Assembly (NCBI GenBank): GCA_963664825.1
Contig: OY761614.1
Location: 224,001 to 288,000 of the forward strand
From: an uncultured Holophaga sp.
GTDB lineage: Bacteria > Acidobacteriota > Holophagae > Holophagales > Holophagaceae
Length of the DNA stretch: 64,000 bases
Reading direction: 5' to 3'
Shown: positions 9,758 to 19,891 of the stretch, one piece after another
Layout: every line of letters begins with the position of its first letter
How positions within the stretch are numbered: the stretch's first letter is position 1
Notes under the pieces: model-generated
Seen by the model: only the letters and a program-made list of their open reading frames with translations
Told to the model about the DNA's origin: nothing
Databases searched by the model: none
Translations under genes and position numbers: made by a program

Positions 9758-11207
9758 GTGTCCCGTCAAGTGGTGTAGGAAGGTCGGCGCAGCCGATTCC
9801 GTAAGGTTGTCAAAGTTCTGTTGCTGATTGTCAGGCTGTGGGCGGTGTGGAAAGGCCGAAGGGCTTTCCAAGGGGCGGTGGGCAACCGCAGGTTGTCCAT
9901 GGCCCCGGCACCGTCCATGGCCGGGTCAGGGGGGGCGTTTGAGCCCATCTTGTTTCATGCATCCATCCTGATGTAGGCGATGCGGGCGCTGACCCACTCG
10001 GCATGCTGATCGAGGAGTAAGCTCCCGAGCAGGCGCAACACCGCGGCCCGATTGGGGAAGATCCCCACCACATCGGAACGGCGGCGCAGTTCGCGATTCT
10101 CCCGTTCCAGGACGTTCGTGGAGTGGATCTTTCGCCAGTGGGCCTTCGGGAAGTCCATGAAGGCGGTGACGTCCTCCACGGCCTCATCCAGCAGGGCTGC
10201 GAACCCTGGGTGCTTGCGCTCGGTGTCCCGCGCCAGGGCCGCGATCAGGGCCTGGGCCTCCTCCTTGGTGGGGGCCTGGAAAACCCGCTTGCGGCGATCC
10301 AGCATCTGCTCCTGAACGGACTTCGGTAACCGTACGGCAGCGTTGCGCATGAAATGGACGCGGCATCGCTGCCAGGTGACCCCATTCAGCACCTTCCTGA
10401 CGGCGGCTTTCAGCCCGGCGTGAGAATCCGAGATGACCAGATCTACACCCGCGAGACCGCGCTGCACAAGGCGTTCCAGGAATGCTGACCAGGCGCTCTC
10501 CATCTCGCCTTCAGCCACGGTCAGCCCCAGCACCTCGCGTTTACCCTCCGCATTCACGGCCATGGCCACCATCACCGCCAGCCCTACCACTCGCCCGCCT
10601 TCCCGAACCTTCGGATAGAGGGCGTCCAGCCAGAGGTAGCGGAAAGAACCTTCCAGCGGGCGGTTCCGGAACGCCTCCACCTCCGCATCCAACTCCTGCG
10701 CCAGCCGGGAGACCTCGGACTTCGACATCCCCCTGCAGCCTAGGGCCTCCACCAACGCCTCGACCTTTCGCGTGCTCACGCCCGCGACGTAGGCCTCTGC
10801 CGCCACGTTCACGAAGGCCTGTTCCCACCGACGGCGCGGCTCCAGGAAGTTCGGGAAGTAGCTGCCCTGCCGGAGCTTTGGGATGGCCAGCGGCAGCGTG
10901 CCCAGCCGCGTTTCCAGTTCCCGGTCGCGGTAGCCGTTTCGGTGGTTCTCCCGTGACGGCGTCCGCTCCCCAGGGCCCGCTTGGCAGAGCCCCGAAACGT
11001 CGGACTCCATCACCGCCTCCAGCCCCATCAGCAGCACACGCCGCAGGAAATCACCGTTCCCCTCCTCCAAAACCTTGCTCAGGGCTTCCAGCCCAGACAC
11101 CCTATTGATGGCCATCGGTCTCTCCGTTCGGTAAGTTCGCAAACCTCACCTTACGGAACCGGTGGCCACCTCTCACTGAACCACTGCTACACCACTTGAT
11201 GGGACTC
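9758..11207 (-). mobile_element. IS256-family insertion sequence (about 1450 bp)
   Basis: Terminal inverted repeats gtgtcccgtcaagtggtgtag (9758-9778) and ctacaccacttgatgggactc (11187-11207), 19/21 match, enclosing a transposase. No target duplication seen. Confidence 0.9.
9955..11115 (-). CDS. IS256-family (mutator-like) DDE transposase
   Basis: [24 protein letters not shown] (D), ISDSH (D), [16 protein letters not shown] (E). Confidence 0.95.
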   Translation of the reverse strand: MAINRVSGLEALSKVLEEGNGDFLRRVLLMGLEAVMESDVSGLCQAGPGERTPSRENHRNGYRDRELETRLGTLPLAIPKLRQGSYFPNFLEPRRRWEQAFVNVAAEAYVAGVSTRKVEALVEALGCRGMSKSEVSRLAQELDAEVEAFRNRPLEGSFRYLWLDALYPKVREGGRVVGLAVMVAMAVNAEGKREVLGLTVAEGEMESAWSAFLERLVQRGLAGVDLVISDSHAGLKAAVRKVLNGVTWQRCRVHFMRNAAVRLPKSVQEQMLDRRKRVFQAPTKEEAQALIAALARDTERKHPGFAALLDEAVEDVTAFMDFPKAHWRKIHSTNVLERENRELRRRSDVVGIFPNRAAVLRLLGSLLLDQHAEWVSARIAYIRMDA

Positions 11208-11350
11208 TATCCAGTTCAATCTCAGGTATGATGAAAATATCAGCCATACTTTATTCAAATAGCATTTTTTCCCATCTTTGTTAAAGCGAATACCGAGACA
11301 TTGCCACGCATCAAGATGTGGACTATGGTGGGTTCCGAAGGTCTCCTTCC

Positions 11351-13444
11351 ATGCATCCCGACCTCTCCCTCCCACACCGGGTCCATCGATTCGATGGCTT
11401 CGAGTTGGACCCGAAGAATGGCGTCTTGCTTCGAGATGGCGAGAGGATTCCCATCCAGGAGCTCCCCTTCCAGATCCTGGTGGCCCTTCTGGAACATCCC
11501 GGCGAGATCGTCACTCGGGAAGAACTCCGGAACCGCCTCTGGCCCAGCAATGTGCATGTGGACTTCGAGGCCTCCATCGCGACCGCCCTGAAGAAGCTCC
11601 GCAGGGCCCTGGGGGATACCTCCCAGCACCCCCGCTTCGTCGAGACCCATCCCGGCCGGGGGCTCCGCTTCCTCGGCAAGGTAAATACCCATTCGGCCAA
11701 CTCGGCTGCCTGCCGCCTTGAGGGAATCCCGCCTCTTCCCCAGCCGATGGGCCGGGTCATCCCCTTCCGGCGGACGGCGGAGGTCGCGAGACCGGGGGAG
11801 GTTTCCTCCTGGCGCCCCCACCCCTGGGTGATCTGGACAGGTCTTCTGACCCTCTTGGCCGTGGGTAGTCTAATGATGTCCGAGCCCTGGCGCCAACGGC
11901 CCGGTCCAACCGCTCGGGCGCCTGTGGCGAGCGTTCTCGCCCTTCCCGCTCGTTTCCACGGGAAGGCCCAAAACACCTACCTGGCAGAAGTGGTGCCAGC
12001 CATCCTGTCCACGCTCCTGGCGGCCATCCCGGAATTGGAGACCAAGGTGCCCCCTTCCACCTTCGAGGTAGAGAAGGCCCATTGGGACCTGGAACGCATC
12101 GCCAAGGCCTACCAGGTGCGCCACATGGTGCTCTCTACCATCACGGCCGGCCATGACCGAATCCGCCTGAACATCCAACTGGTGGATGCGGCCTCGCGGC
12201 AGATCCGATGGGCGAGACATTACGAGGGCTCCGTGGAGGACTTTCCCGCCCTAGCCTCCCAGGCAGTGGAGTCCATGCTGCCCACCCTGCGACCCGGGGG
12301 AGAACCGGCGGGCTTTCCTCCAAGCCCCCCAGGTGTCCTTAAAGCCGAAATTGCCATGGAGGAAGGGAGGTATTACCTGAACCGCTATGGCACCCACCAC
12401 CAGCCCGGCTCAGCCCGTCGCTGCCAGGATGCCTTGAAGAAGGCCTTGGGCATGGACCCCACCCTCGCCCGGGCCGCGGGGAATCTGGCCTATCTCCGAG
12501 TCTTCCAGTCCTGGTACGAACCTTCCCCGGCCAGGAGACGGCGTGCCTTGGCGGAATGCACCACCTGGGCCCATCGTGCCCTGGCCATCGACCCGTCCTG
12601 CGGCGTTGCCTGGGAAGCCCTCGCCCAGGTCGAGGCCCAGCGTTCGCCGATGGATTTGGGCAGGTTCCTGGAGTATGCCCTCAAGGGAGCCTCCAACGCT
12701 CCCTGTGAGGCCATGAGCCACCAAGCCCTGGGCAGAGCCTCCGGAAGCGCCACCCTCATGGCGGCGGTGGGACGGCACATGTTCGAGTTGGATCCCTTTG
12801 ATACTTCGAATGCCGCTATGGGGGCGATCGGCCTCATGCGGGATGGGAAGGCCACGGAAGGGCTCCAGCTCATCGACGCCGCCCTTCGACTCGGCCCGCC
12901 TGAGAACAGTCGCTTCGCCCTGACCGCGCGGGCCCTCGCCCTGACTCAGCTCGGCCGTTTCGAGGAAGCTGCTGCAGAGTTGGCCCGATATGTTCCCGAG
13001 GGCCGAGAGCAGAACTGGGAAGATAATCTTTGGCGACAGACTCGCTTCCAGCTGGCTGTAATCCAGGGCGAGCAGCCCCTCTCCGCGACCCTAGCTCACC
13101 AGATCGTCGCAAGGGCGCTGGCGCCTCCTTCCAGCGGCCCCGGCAACGCGTTCTTTATCGCCGTCCCCAGTCTGGTGCGGGCAGGCTTCCAAGAGGAGGC
13201 CATGCGGATCCTGCTGAAACACGCTGAACTGGGGTGCGGGGAGGACGCCAACCACCTCCTACGGGATCCCACCCTGCAACCTCTGCGGAGGGATCCCCGG
13301 TTCGCCAGGGTGCTCAAGGCCGCACGGGAGGCGAATGCCATCACGGTCTCGGCCCTGGAAGGAGCCCAGGCCCGGGGCGAACTGCCTGCCTATCTGGCGC
13401 CCGCCCTGGCCGAACTCCGAGCGGAGAGGGCACGAACCCACTAG
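11351..13444 (+). CDS. Membrane-anchored winged-helix (OmpR/ToxR/CadC-type) regulator with TolB-N-like and TPR region
   Basis: FDGFELD, LLEHPGEIVTREEL, KKLRRALGD..FVET.PGRG.RF; one TM segment; helical repeats ending LRRDPRF. Confidence 0.85.
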   Translation: MHPDLSLPHRVHRFDGFELDPKNGVLLRDGERIPIQELPFQILVALLEHPGEIVTREELRNRLWPSNVHVDFEASIATALKKLRRALGDTSQHPRFVETHPGRGLRFLGKVNTHSANSAACRLEGIPPLPQPMGRVIPFRRTAEVARPGEVSSWRPHPWVIWTGLLTLLAVGSLMMSEPWRQRPGPTARAPVASVLALPARFHGKAQNTYLAEVVPAILSTLLAAIPELETKVPPSTFEVEKAHWDLERIAKAYQVRHMVLSTITAGHDRIRLNIQLVDAASRQIRWARHYEGSVEDFPALASQAVESMLPTLRPGGEPAGFPPSPPGVLKAEIAMEEGRYYLNRYGTHHQPGSARRCQDALKKALGMDPTLARAAGNLAYLRVFQSWYEPSPARRRRALAECTTWAHRALAIDPSCGVAWEALAQVEAQRSPMDLGRFLEYALKGASNAPCEAMSHQALGRASGSATLMAAVGRHMFELDPFDTSNAAMGAIGLMRDGKATEGLQLIDAALRLGPPENSRFALTARALALTQLGRFEEAAAELARYVPEGREQNWEDNLWRQTRFQLAVIQGEQPLSATLAHQIVARALAPPSSGPGNAFFIAVPSLVRAGFQEEAMRILLKHAELGCGEDANHLLRDPTLQPLRRDPRFARVLKAAREANAITVSALEGAQARGELPAYLAPALAELRAERARTH

Positions 13445-14196
13445 GGTCTGAACGCTGCCTCCGTGAAAGCCTGGAAGATCCTGCGGGCGGCCTCGCCGTT
13501 ACCATCCTCCAGGCCCACCAGGTTCTCGGGATGCCACTGGACGCCGAAGACCCAACGGTGGGCGTCCTCGGCCTCGATGCCCTCGACGAGGGGACCGGTC
13601 TGGGGATGGGCCGTATCCAGGTCCCAGGCCGAGGCCCTCAGCCCCGGTGCTAGGCCCTTCACGGCCTGGTGATGGCGGCTGTTCACCTGGATCGCCGGGC
13701 ACCCCACGAGGGCCGCCAATCGGGACCGGGGGGCGAACTGGACGGCGTGGGGAAGATCGGGGATATCAGAACAGCCATGGCGATGGCGCTCGGGGGCGCA
13801 AGAAAAGTATTCGGGAATATCCTGGATCAGGCTGCCCCCCAGCGCTGTGTTGAGGATCTGCTCACCCCGGCAGATGCCGAGTATGGGTAGACCCCGGGCC
13901 CAGGCCTGGCGCACAAGGGGCCCCTCGAAGGCGTCCCGGGCTTCGTCGACCTCGGCGGCCGAGTGCAGGGGCTCCGAAGCGTCCCAAAACCGTGGGTGGA
14001 TATCCAGGCCGCCGCAGAGCACCAGCCCCGAAAGGGCCTCCAGGGACGGCACAAAATCCCCTGGTGAAAGAAGATGGATATCCCCCCCCCAGCCCGCTGA
14101 ACGCAGGGCGGGCAGGTAGTGAGCCTCCGCACCTAATTTGTTGCCGCAGGCCACGAGGATACTTGACACGGGTCCCCCAGAGGTCATCATGAACAC
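13441..14196 (-). CDS. Peptidase C26 / gamma-glutamyl-gamma-aminobutyrate hydrolase family (class I glutamine amidotransferase)
   Basis: GICRG, VNSRHHQAV, GVQWHPE triad; start uncertain. Confidence 0.9.
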   Translation of the reverse strand: MFMMTSGGPVSSILVACGNKLGAEAHYLPALRSAGWGGDIHLLSPGDFVPSLEALSGLVLCGGLDIHPRFWDASEPLHSAAEVDEARDAFEGPLVRQAWARGLPILGICRGEQILNTALGGSLIQDIPEYFSCAPERHRHGCSDIPDLPHAVQFAPRSRLAALVGCPAIQVNSRHHQAVKGLAPGLRASAWDLDTAHPQTGPLVEGIEAEDAHRWVFGVQWHPENLVGLEDGNGEAARRIFQAFTEAAFRP

Positions 14197-14261
14197 CCTA
14201 CCACCCTCAGATGTCTGAGCGGCTTTCGTGCGGCAGAGAGCTCCGCCGTGAAGGAGGACAC

Positions 14262-14699
14262 ATGTCAGGTTCCCTCAACAAGGTAATCCTCATCGGCAAC
14301 CTGGGCCGCGACCCGGAGCTGAAGATGACGCCCAGCGGCCAGGCCCTGGCCCGTTTCTCCGTGGCCACCACGGAAAATTGGAAGAATCCCCAAGGTGAGA
14401 AGCAATCCAAGACCGAATGGCACAACATCGTGGTCTGGGGCAAGCAGGCGGAGATCGCCGAGAAGTATCTCCGCAAGGGCAAGCAGATCATGGTCGAGGG
14501 CCGCATCCAGTACCGGGAGTACACGGACCAGGCTGGCGTGAAGAAGACCGCCTGTGATATCCGCTGCGACAACTTCGTCATGCTCGGGAAGATGGAGGAG
14601 GGAGGCGCCCGCCCCCACCGGGACGAAGGCTTCGACGAGCCCATGCCTCCGGCTCCCGCTCCCGCCAGCGGCGGATTCGACGACGATATCCCCTTCTGA
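14262..14699 (+). CDS. ssb: Single-stranded DNA-binding protein
   Basis: NKVILIGNLGRDPE, TEWH, C-terminal DDDIPF; RBS aaggagg. Confidence 0.97.
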   Translation: MSGSLNKVILIGNLGRDPELKMTPSGQALARFSVATTENWKNPQGEKQSKTEWHNIVVWGKQAEIAEKYLRKGKQIMVEGRIQYREYTDQAGVKKTACDIRCDNFVMLGKMEEGGARPHRDEGFDEPMPPAPAPASGGFDDDIPF

Positions 14700-14713
14700 G
14701 ATTCGCCCTTTAC

Positions 14714-14749
14714 ACGAAAACGCCCGCCATTTCTGGCGGGCGTTTTCGT
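14714..14749. terminator. Bidirectional terminator between ssb and FHA-RDD gene
   Basis: acgaaaacgcccgcca-tttc-tggcgggcgttttcgt. Confidence 0.85.
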
Positions 14750-14762
14750 ATCTGCGGAATGC

Positions 14763-15767
14763 TTAGCGGTCCACCTTGATGACGATGGACTTGGACAGGA
14801 TGTCCTGGAGGCCCTTGCGCTCTTCGCCCAGGATCATCAGGTAGGGCAGTCCCAGGAAGACGCTGTTCACGAGATGCCCCAGAATGCGGAGCAGGGCCAT
14901 ATTCCCATCGATGCGCCCCTCGGGATCCTCCTCGGGCACCACGCGCAACGCCATGATCCGCTTGCCGGGGCTGGCGCCGAACTTGACCCAGCTCCAGCCC
15001 CAGAAGATGAGGAAGGCGAGGCCGAGGGCGGCCTGCAGGAGCCCGAAGACACATCCCAGCACTAGGACGCCCGGTCCCAGGATGCGCCCCACCGCACTCA
15101 TCAGGATCGCTTCGATAACCCAGAGAACGCCGCAGAGCACCAACGCCACACCCACATCGATCAGGTGGGAGAACAGGCGCGTGAGGAAGTCCCCCCGCTC
15201 GCCCGTGGGTCGTGCGGGATCGGGGAATGGCGGCAGCCAGGGTTGGAGGAAGGCGGGGGCGGGGTTGGCCTCAAGGGCCGCGGGAGCCATGGTGAAGGGG
15301 CGAGGCCCCCCGCTGGGGGGAGGGGTGCGGGCGGTGAACTGGGATTCGGGCGGGACCATGGGTTGAGGCGGAAATGGGGGGGGCATGGAAGGCGCCGCGG
15401 GAGCCCCGAGCCCCTGGATCTTGGCCATCTCGGAAGGGTCCATGCGCACCGTGCCCAGGGGCTCCACCAGGGGCACCGCCGGGAGGGGATCCACGAAGGT
15501 CATCTGGATCTGGCCCAGGGTGACCCGGTCCCCGTCGCGGAGGAGGGTATTGGCCAGACGCGTCCCATTGACCAGGACCCCATTGCTGCTCTGGAGGTCC
15601 TGGACCTCGAAGCCGGCCGTGGTGCGCCGGATCACCGCATGGTGCCGACTGATGCTGGGGTCGGCTAGGCGGAGGGCATTATCGAGCTCCCGCCCGATGT
15701 GGACTTCGTCATCCACCAGCTCGAATTCCCGAAGGCCGGCACTCTCCTGAACGAGCAATTTAGCCAT
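14763..15767 (-). CDS. FHA domain, Pro-rich linker and RDD-family membrane protein
   Basis: IGR, ISRHHA, SSNGVLVNG (FHA); R...LID, SPGKR, LQD (RDD). Confidence 0.9.
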   Translation of the reverse strand: MAKLLVQESAGLREFELVDDEVHIGRELDNALRLADPSISRHHAVIRRTTAGFEVQDLQSSNGVLVNGTRLANTLLRDGDRVTLGQIQMTFVDPLPAVPLVEPLGTVRMDPSEMAKIQGLGAPAAPSMPPPFPPQPMVPPESQFTARTPPPSGGPRPFTMAPAALEANPAPAFLQPWLPPFPDPARPTGERGDFLTRLFSHLIDVGVALVLCGVLWVIEAILMSAVGRILGPGVLVLGCVFGLLQAALGLAFLIFWGWSWVKFGASPGKRIMALRVVPEEDPEGRIDGNMALLRILGHLVNSVFLGLPYLMILGEERKGLQDILSKSIVIKVDR

Positions 15768-15944
15768 GATGTCCTCTCGGTTTTCGGAAAACGTAAATGC
15801 AGTTTAGGAGTAAGTCTGGGGCAATTCAATTCCAGGGGTGAAAACGACTTTCCCCTGGCCTCGTGAAATTACCACCCCAGCAATCCTTGACCCCGGCGTG
15901 ATGGATGGGCCAATCTGGCAGGAAAGGGCTCTGCCGGAGGCAGC

Positions 15945-16823
15945 ATGGTTCTCTTCAACGCGGCGACCAAGGAGCTGACGGCCAAGATCGTCTACTACGG
16001 CCCCGGTCTCTGCGGCAAAACCACCAACCTACAGTTCATCTACGATTCCCTGCCCCAGGATGGGCGGGGGAAGATGCTATCCCTGGCCACCCAGACGGAC
16101 CGCACCCTCTTCTTCGACTTCCTGCCCATCGAACTGGGCACCATTCGGGGCATGAAGACCCGCATCCAGCTCTACACCGTGCCCGGCCAGGTCTTCTACG
16201 ACGCCACGCGAAAACTCGTGCTCCGCGGTGCCGATGGCCTGGTCTTCGTGGCCGATTCCCAGGCCCCCGCCCTGGAAAGCAACAAGGAAAGCTTCCAGAA
16301 CCTCATCGACAACCTGAAGGAACAGGGCGCCGAGCTCGATAAGCTGCCCCATGTCATCCAGTGGAACAAGCGGGACACGCCCAACGCCCTGCCTGTCGAT
16401 ATCCTGGAACGCGAGATCAACCGCTTCGGCGTGCCCACCTTCGAGGCCAGCGCCATCCGGGGCGAAGGCGTGCGGGACACCCTCACCGGCATCGCGCGGC
16501 AGGTCCTGAAACACCTGGCCGACAAATACGGCGGCGGCGTGGTGACGGAGGCGTCGGAATTCCTGGTGCCTGCCCCGCCCAAACCTAAACCCATGGAGGC
16601 CACGTCGCGGCCCCTGGAGGTCGAAGAATTGGGTTCCGGCGAACTGCTGGAGGAACTCGAGGAGCTGCCGGTCCCCGAGCCTCCCCGGCACGTTCCCTCC
16701 GGGGAGATGTTGCAGACGCTGCCCTCTCATCTCTCCGTGGTCGAAGTCCCGGTGGTGCTGGACCGGAGCCTCTTCTCCGGCGATGGGCCCGTGGAGATCA
16801 AACTGAAGCTCTACATCAAGTAG
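15945..16823 (+). CDS. mglA: MglA-family small GTPase with acidic C-terminal extension
   Basis: KIVYYGPGLCGKTTN, DRTLFFDF, YTVPGQ, NKRD. Confidence 0.9.
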   Translation: MVLFNAATKELTAKIVYYGPGLCGKTTNLQFIYDSLPQDGRGKMLSLATQTDRTLFFDFLPIELGTIRGMKTRIQLYTVPGQVFYDATRKLVLRGADGLVFVADSQAPALESNKESFQNLIDNLKEQGAELDKLPHVIQWNKRDTPNALPVDILEREINRFGVPTFEASAIRGEGVRDTLTGIARQVLKHLADKYGGGVVTEASEFLVPAPPKPKPMEATSRPLEVEELGSGELLEELEELPVPEPPRHVPSGEMLQTLPSHLSVVEVPVVLDRSLFSGDGPVEIKLKLYIK

Positions 16824-16894
16824 CGCCGAGGCAAACCATCACGAGAGGCCTCAATCCGAAGGCCCTCCGGGCCTATCGACAGAGAGGTGCCTCC

Positions 16895-17896
16895 ATGCGT
16901 CTGAATTCCCTTCTTCCGGTCACCGCCCTCGCCTGCACGTCGCTCTCCGCGCAGATCCAGGTGCGCCTTGTGACCGATCAGGCGGATTCCGTACTCGCCC
17001 TGCTCGCCATCCAGGCCGCAGGCCGGGTCCCCCAGCCTGCGGAATGGGACCGCCTCTTTCAATGCGAGGGGCAGCGGCGGCTCGAGGCCCGGGGAAAGGC
17101 CTTCAAGCAGCCGACGGACCCCACCACCCTTCGGGCTTTCGTCCAAAGCCCTGAATTGCAGGCGAAGACGGCGGCCCTGGCCCAGGCTCTCGTCCGCTGG
17201 AAGCAGGCGGACCTGGAAGCTGCGGCCCGGAAGGCTCTCGCCTACCTGCCCGCGGGCGCCAGAATCGAAGCGCGAGTCTACCCCGTTATCAAGCCGCGCA
17301 GCAACAGCTTCGTCTTCGAGGGGAATGCCATCTTCTTCTACCTTGATCCGGAGAAGAGCGCAGAAGAATGCGAGAACACGCTGATCCACGAGCTGCACCA
17401 CATCGGGTTCTCCAGTTGCGACCGCGTGCTTGAGGCGAATCTAGCCAAGCTTCCCCCGCCGGTGCGGGAAGCAAACGAATGGGTCGGGGCCTTCGGAGAG
17501 GGCTTCGCCATGCTGGCGGCCGCCGGCGACCCCGACCGCCATCCCCATGCGGCAAGCAAGGCGGAGACACGGGCCCGCTGGGACCGGGACATGGCCCGGT
17601 TCGATGAGGACCTGAAGCAGGTGGAGGCCTTCCTGCTGGATGTGGCCGAAGGCCGACTCAAGGGCCAGGCCGTCGCCGAACGCGGCATGAGCTTCTTCGG
17701 CGAGCAGGGAGCGTGGTATACGGTGGGGTGGCGCATGGCCTCGACGATCGAGCGCAGCCTGGGCCGGAAGGTCCTGCTGGAGTGCATGGTGAACCCCTGC
17801 AGGCTGCTCTCCACCTACAACCGGATCGCCGCCGCGGGAAAGGGGGCCACCTGGTCCCCGCATCTGCTGAGGGCCCTGGCGGAGGGCCCAAGTTGA
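16895..17896 (+). CDS. Secreted putative Zn-dependent protease (HExxH)
   Basis: Signal peptide; HELHH followed by EGFA; WYTVG. Confidence 0.75.
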   Translation: MRLNSLLPVTALACTSLSAQIQVRLVTDQADSVLALLAIQAAGRVPQPAEWDRLFQCEGQRRLEARGKAFKQPTDPTTLRAFVQSPELQAKTAALAQALVRWKQADLEAAARKALAYLPAGARIEARVYPVIKPRSNSFVFEGNAIFFYLDPEKSAEECENTLIHELHHIGFSSCDRVLEANLAKLPPPVREANEWVGAFGEGFAMLAAAGDPDRHPHAASKAETRARWDRDMARFDEDLKQVEAFLLDVAEGRLKGQAVAERGMSFFGEQGAWYTVGWRMASTIERSLGRKVLLECMVNPCRLLSTYNRIAAAGKGATWSPHLLRALAEGPS

Positions 17897-17957
17897 GGGC
17901 GTGATCCCGCGGGCTGAACCGGGCACACTAGAAGGTTCAGCCTAAACAGAGGTATCC

Positions 17958-19451
17958 ATGACTCGTCCCATCGTCACCCGTTTCGCACCCAGTCCCACAG
18001 GCATGCTCCACATCGGCGGCGTGAGAACCGCCCTCTTCTGCTGGCTCTTTGCCCGCAAGCACGCTGGCCGCTTCATCCTGCGCATCGAGGACACGGATCT
18101 CGACCGCTCCACCGACGACAATATCCGCATCATCGAGGAAGGCATGGCCTGGGTGGGCCTGGACTGGGACGAAGGCCCCGTGCCAGGCGATCCCACGAAG
18201 TGGGTCGGCGAGCACGGCCCCTACCGCCAGATGCAGCGCATGGAATCCCACTACAAGCCCGCCGTGGAGAGGCTCCTGGCGGAGGGCAAGGCCTACCGCT
18301 GCCGCTGTTCGAAGGAGGACCTGGACGCCCGCCGAAAGGCCGTCGAGGCCAAGGGCGTGCCCTTCCAGTACAACCGCGGCCTGGATGCGGGAAACGGATG
18401 CCGCCACCGGCACTTCGACGCCAGCGAGCCCTTCGCGGTGCGCCTCTGCATGCCCGAAGGCATGGAACCCTGGCTGGAGGAGGGCGCCATCGTCTGGACC
18501 GATCTCATCAAGGGGCGCCTGGCCTTTCCCGCCGAGAGTCTGGACGACTGGATCATCGCCCGCACGGGTGAAGAGGGCCAGATCGGCGTGCCCACCTACA
18601 ACTTCTGCGTGGTAGTCGACGACACAAGCATGGAGGTCTCCCATGTCATGCGGGGTGACGACCATGTCTCCAATACCCCCAAGCAGATTGCCCTCTACCA
18701 CGCCATGGGCTATGAGCTGCCGGAGTTCGGCCACGTGCCCATGATCCTCGGCAAGGACGGCGCCAAGCTCAGCAAGCGCCACGGGGCCACCAGCATCACC
18801 GAATACCAGGCCATGGGATTTCTGCCCTCGGCCATCCGCCTGGCCCTGGCGCGACTCTCCTGGACGCCTAAAATCGACGGCCAGGCCGCCGAGACCGCCG
18901 AGGAGGAACTACTCACGGACGCCCAGATGATCGAGCTCTTCGATCTCAAGGACATCCAGAAGAGCCCCGCCCGCTTCGATATGGACAAACTCGGCTGGAT
19001 AAACCAGAAGCTCATCCAGAGGGCCACCTGGCAGGAGCTGGAACCCCACCTCGCACCCTTTCTGCCCGAGGCCTGGAAGGCGAAATCCGACGACTGGAAG
19101 CGCATCGCCATCACGTGCACCCAGAAGGGCAAGAGCCTCAAGGAAATGGCCGAGAGCCTCGCCTTCTGCTGGGAAAAGCCAACAGCCTTCGACGAGAAGG
19201 CCGTGGGCAAGTTCATGACCGAGGCCGTGAAACCCGCCCTGGGGGAGGTGGCCGCCTTCACCAATTACGATCACGACACGCTCCAGGCGGCCTTCAACGC
19301 CCTCCTGGAACGCTACAACCTCAAGCTCAAGGACCTGGCCCAGGCCCTGCGGGTGGCCCTCTGCGGCAAGCCCGTCAGCCCGCCCATCTTCGATACCCTG
19401 TTCCTGCTGGGCCGCGAAGAGGTCGCCAGTCGGCTGGAGAAGTGGATCTGA
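17958..19451 (+). CDS. gltX: Glutamate--tRNA ligase
   Basis: RFAPSPTG.LHIGG, RIEDTD, RGDDH, KLSKRHG. Confidence 0.97.
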   Translation: MTRPIVTRFAPSPTGMLHIGGVRTALFCWLFARKHAGRFILRIEDTDLDRSTDDNIRIIEEGMAWVGLDWDEGPVPGDPTKWVGEHGPYRQMQRMESHYKPAVERLLAEGKAYRCRCSKEDLDARRKAVEAKGVPFQYNRGLDAGNGCRHRHFDASEPFAVRLCMPEGMEPWLEEGAIVWTDLIKGRLAFPAESLDDWIIARTGEEGQIGVPTYNFCVVVDDTSMEVSHVMRGDDHVSNTPKQIALYHAMGYELPEFGHVPMILGKDGAKLSKRHGATSITEYQAMGFLPSAIRLALARLSWTPKIDGQAAETAEEELLTDAQMIELFDLKDIQKSPARFDMDKLGWINQKLIQRATWQELEPHLAPFLPEAWKAKSDDWKRIAITCTQKGKSLKEMAESLAFCWEKPTAFDEKAVGKFMTEAVKPALGEVAAFTNYDHDTLQAAFNALLERYNLKLKDLAQALRVALCGKPVSPPIFDTLFLLGREEVASRLEKWI

Positions 19452-19478
19452 AGCCCGGTCCCATTCCGAGGAGCGCAC

Positions 19479-19823
19479 ATGTCCGAGAAACTGGAAGCCT
19501 TCCGCCTCTTTAGGGAGCAGATGAACGAGCGGATCCTGGGGGAGAAAAACCAGGTCATCAACCGGTTCTTCGCCCTGGATACCCGCGCCTACGAGGCCTC
19601 GGCGCTGGACGCGAAGACCAAGGAGATGCTGGGCCTGGTGGCCTCTATGGTGCTGCGCTGCGACGACTGCATCTCCTACCACGTGACCCAGTGCAAGCGC
19701 GCCGGAGTCACCCGCGAGGAGCTCTTCGAGGTCTTCAGCGTCGGCCTCGTGGTGGGAGGCTCCATCGTCATCCCCCACCTGCGACGGGCCGTGGATCTGC
19801 TGGAGGAGCTGGAGCAGGACTAG
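19479..19823 (+). CDS. Carboxymuconolactone decarboxylase/AhpD-family protein
   Basis: LDAKTKE...LRCDDCISYH (CxxC..H). Confidence 0.9.
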   Translation: MSEKLEAFRLFREQMNERILGEKNQVINRFFALDTRAYEASALDAKTKEMLGLVASMVLRCDDCISYHVTQCKRAGVTREELFEVFSVGLVVGGSIVIPHLRRAVDLLEELEQD

Positions 19824-19827
19824 CCCA

Positions 19828-19891
19828 GGCCCATCGGTGTGAATCGGCGTGCATCATTGTTGAAAAACAATCTTCAACTCTGATGCACGCC
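19828..19891. repeat. REP-like palindromic element (family B), copy 1
   Basis: ggcgtgcatca...gttgaa...ttcaac...tgatgcacgcc; shares 14- and 13-nt blocks with 53312-53368. Confidence 0.7.
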
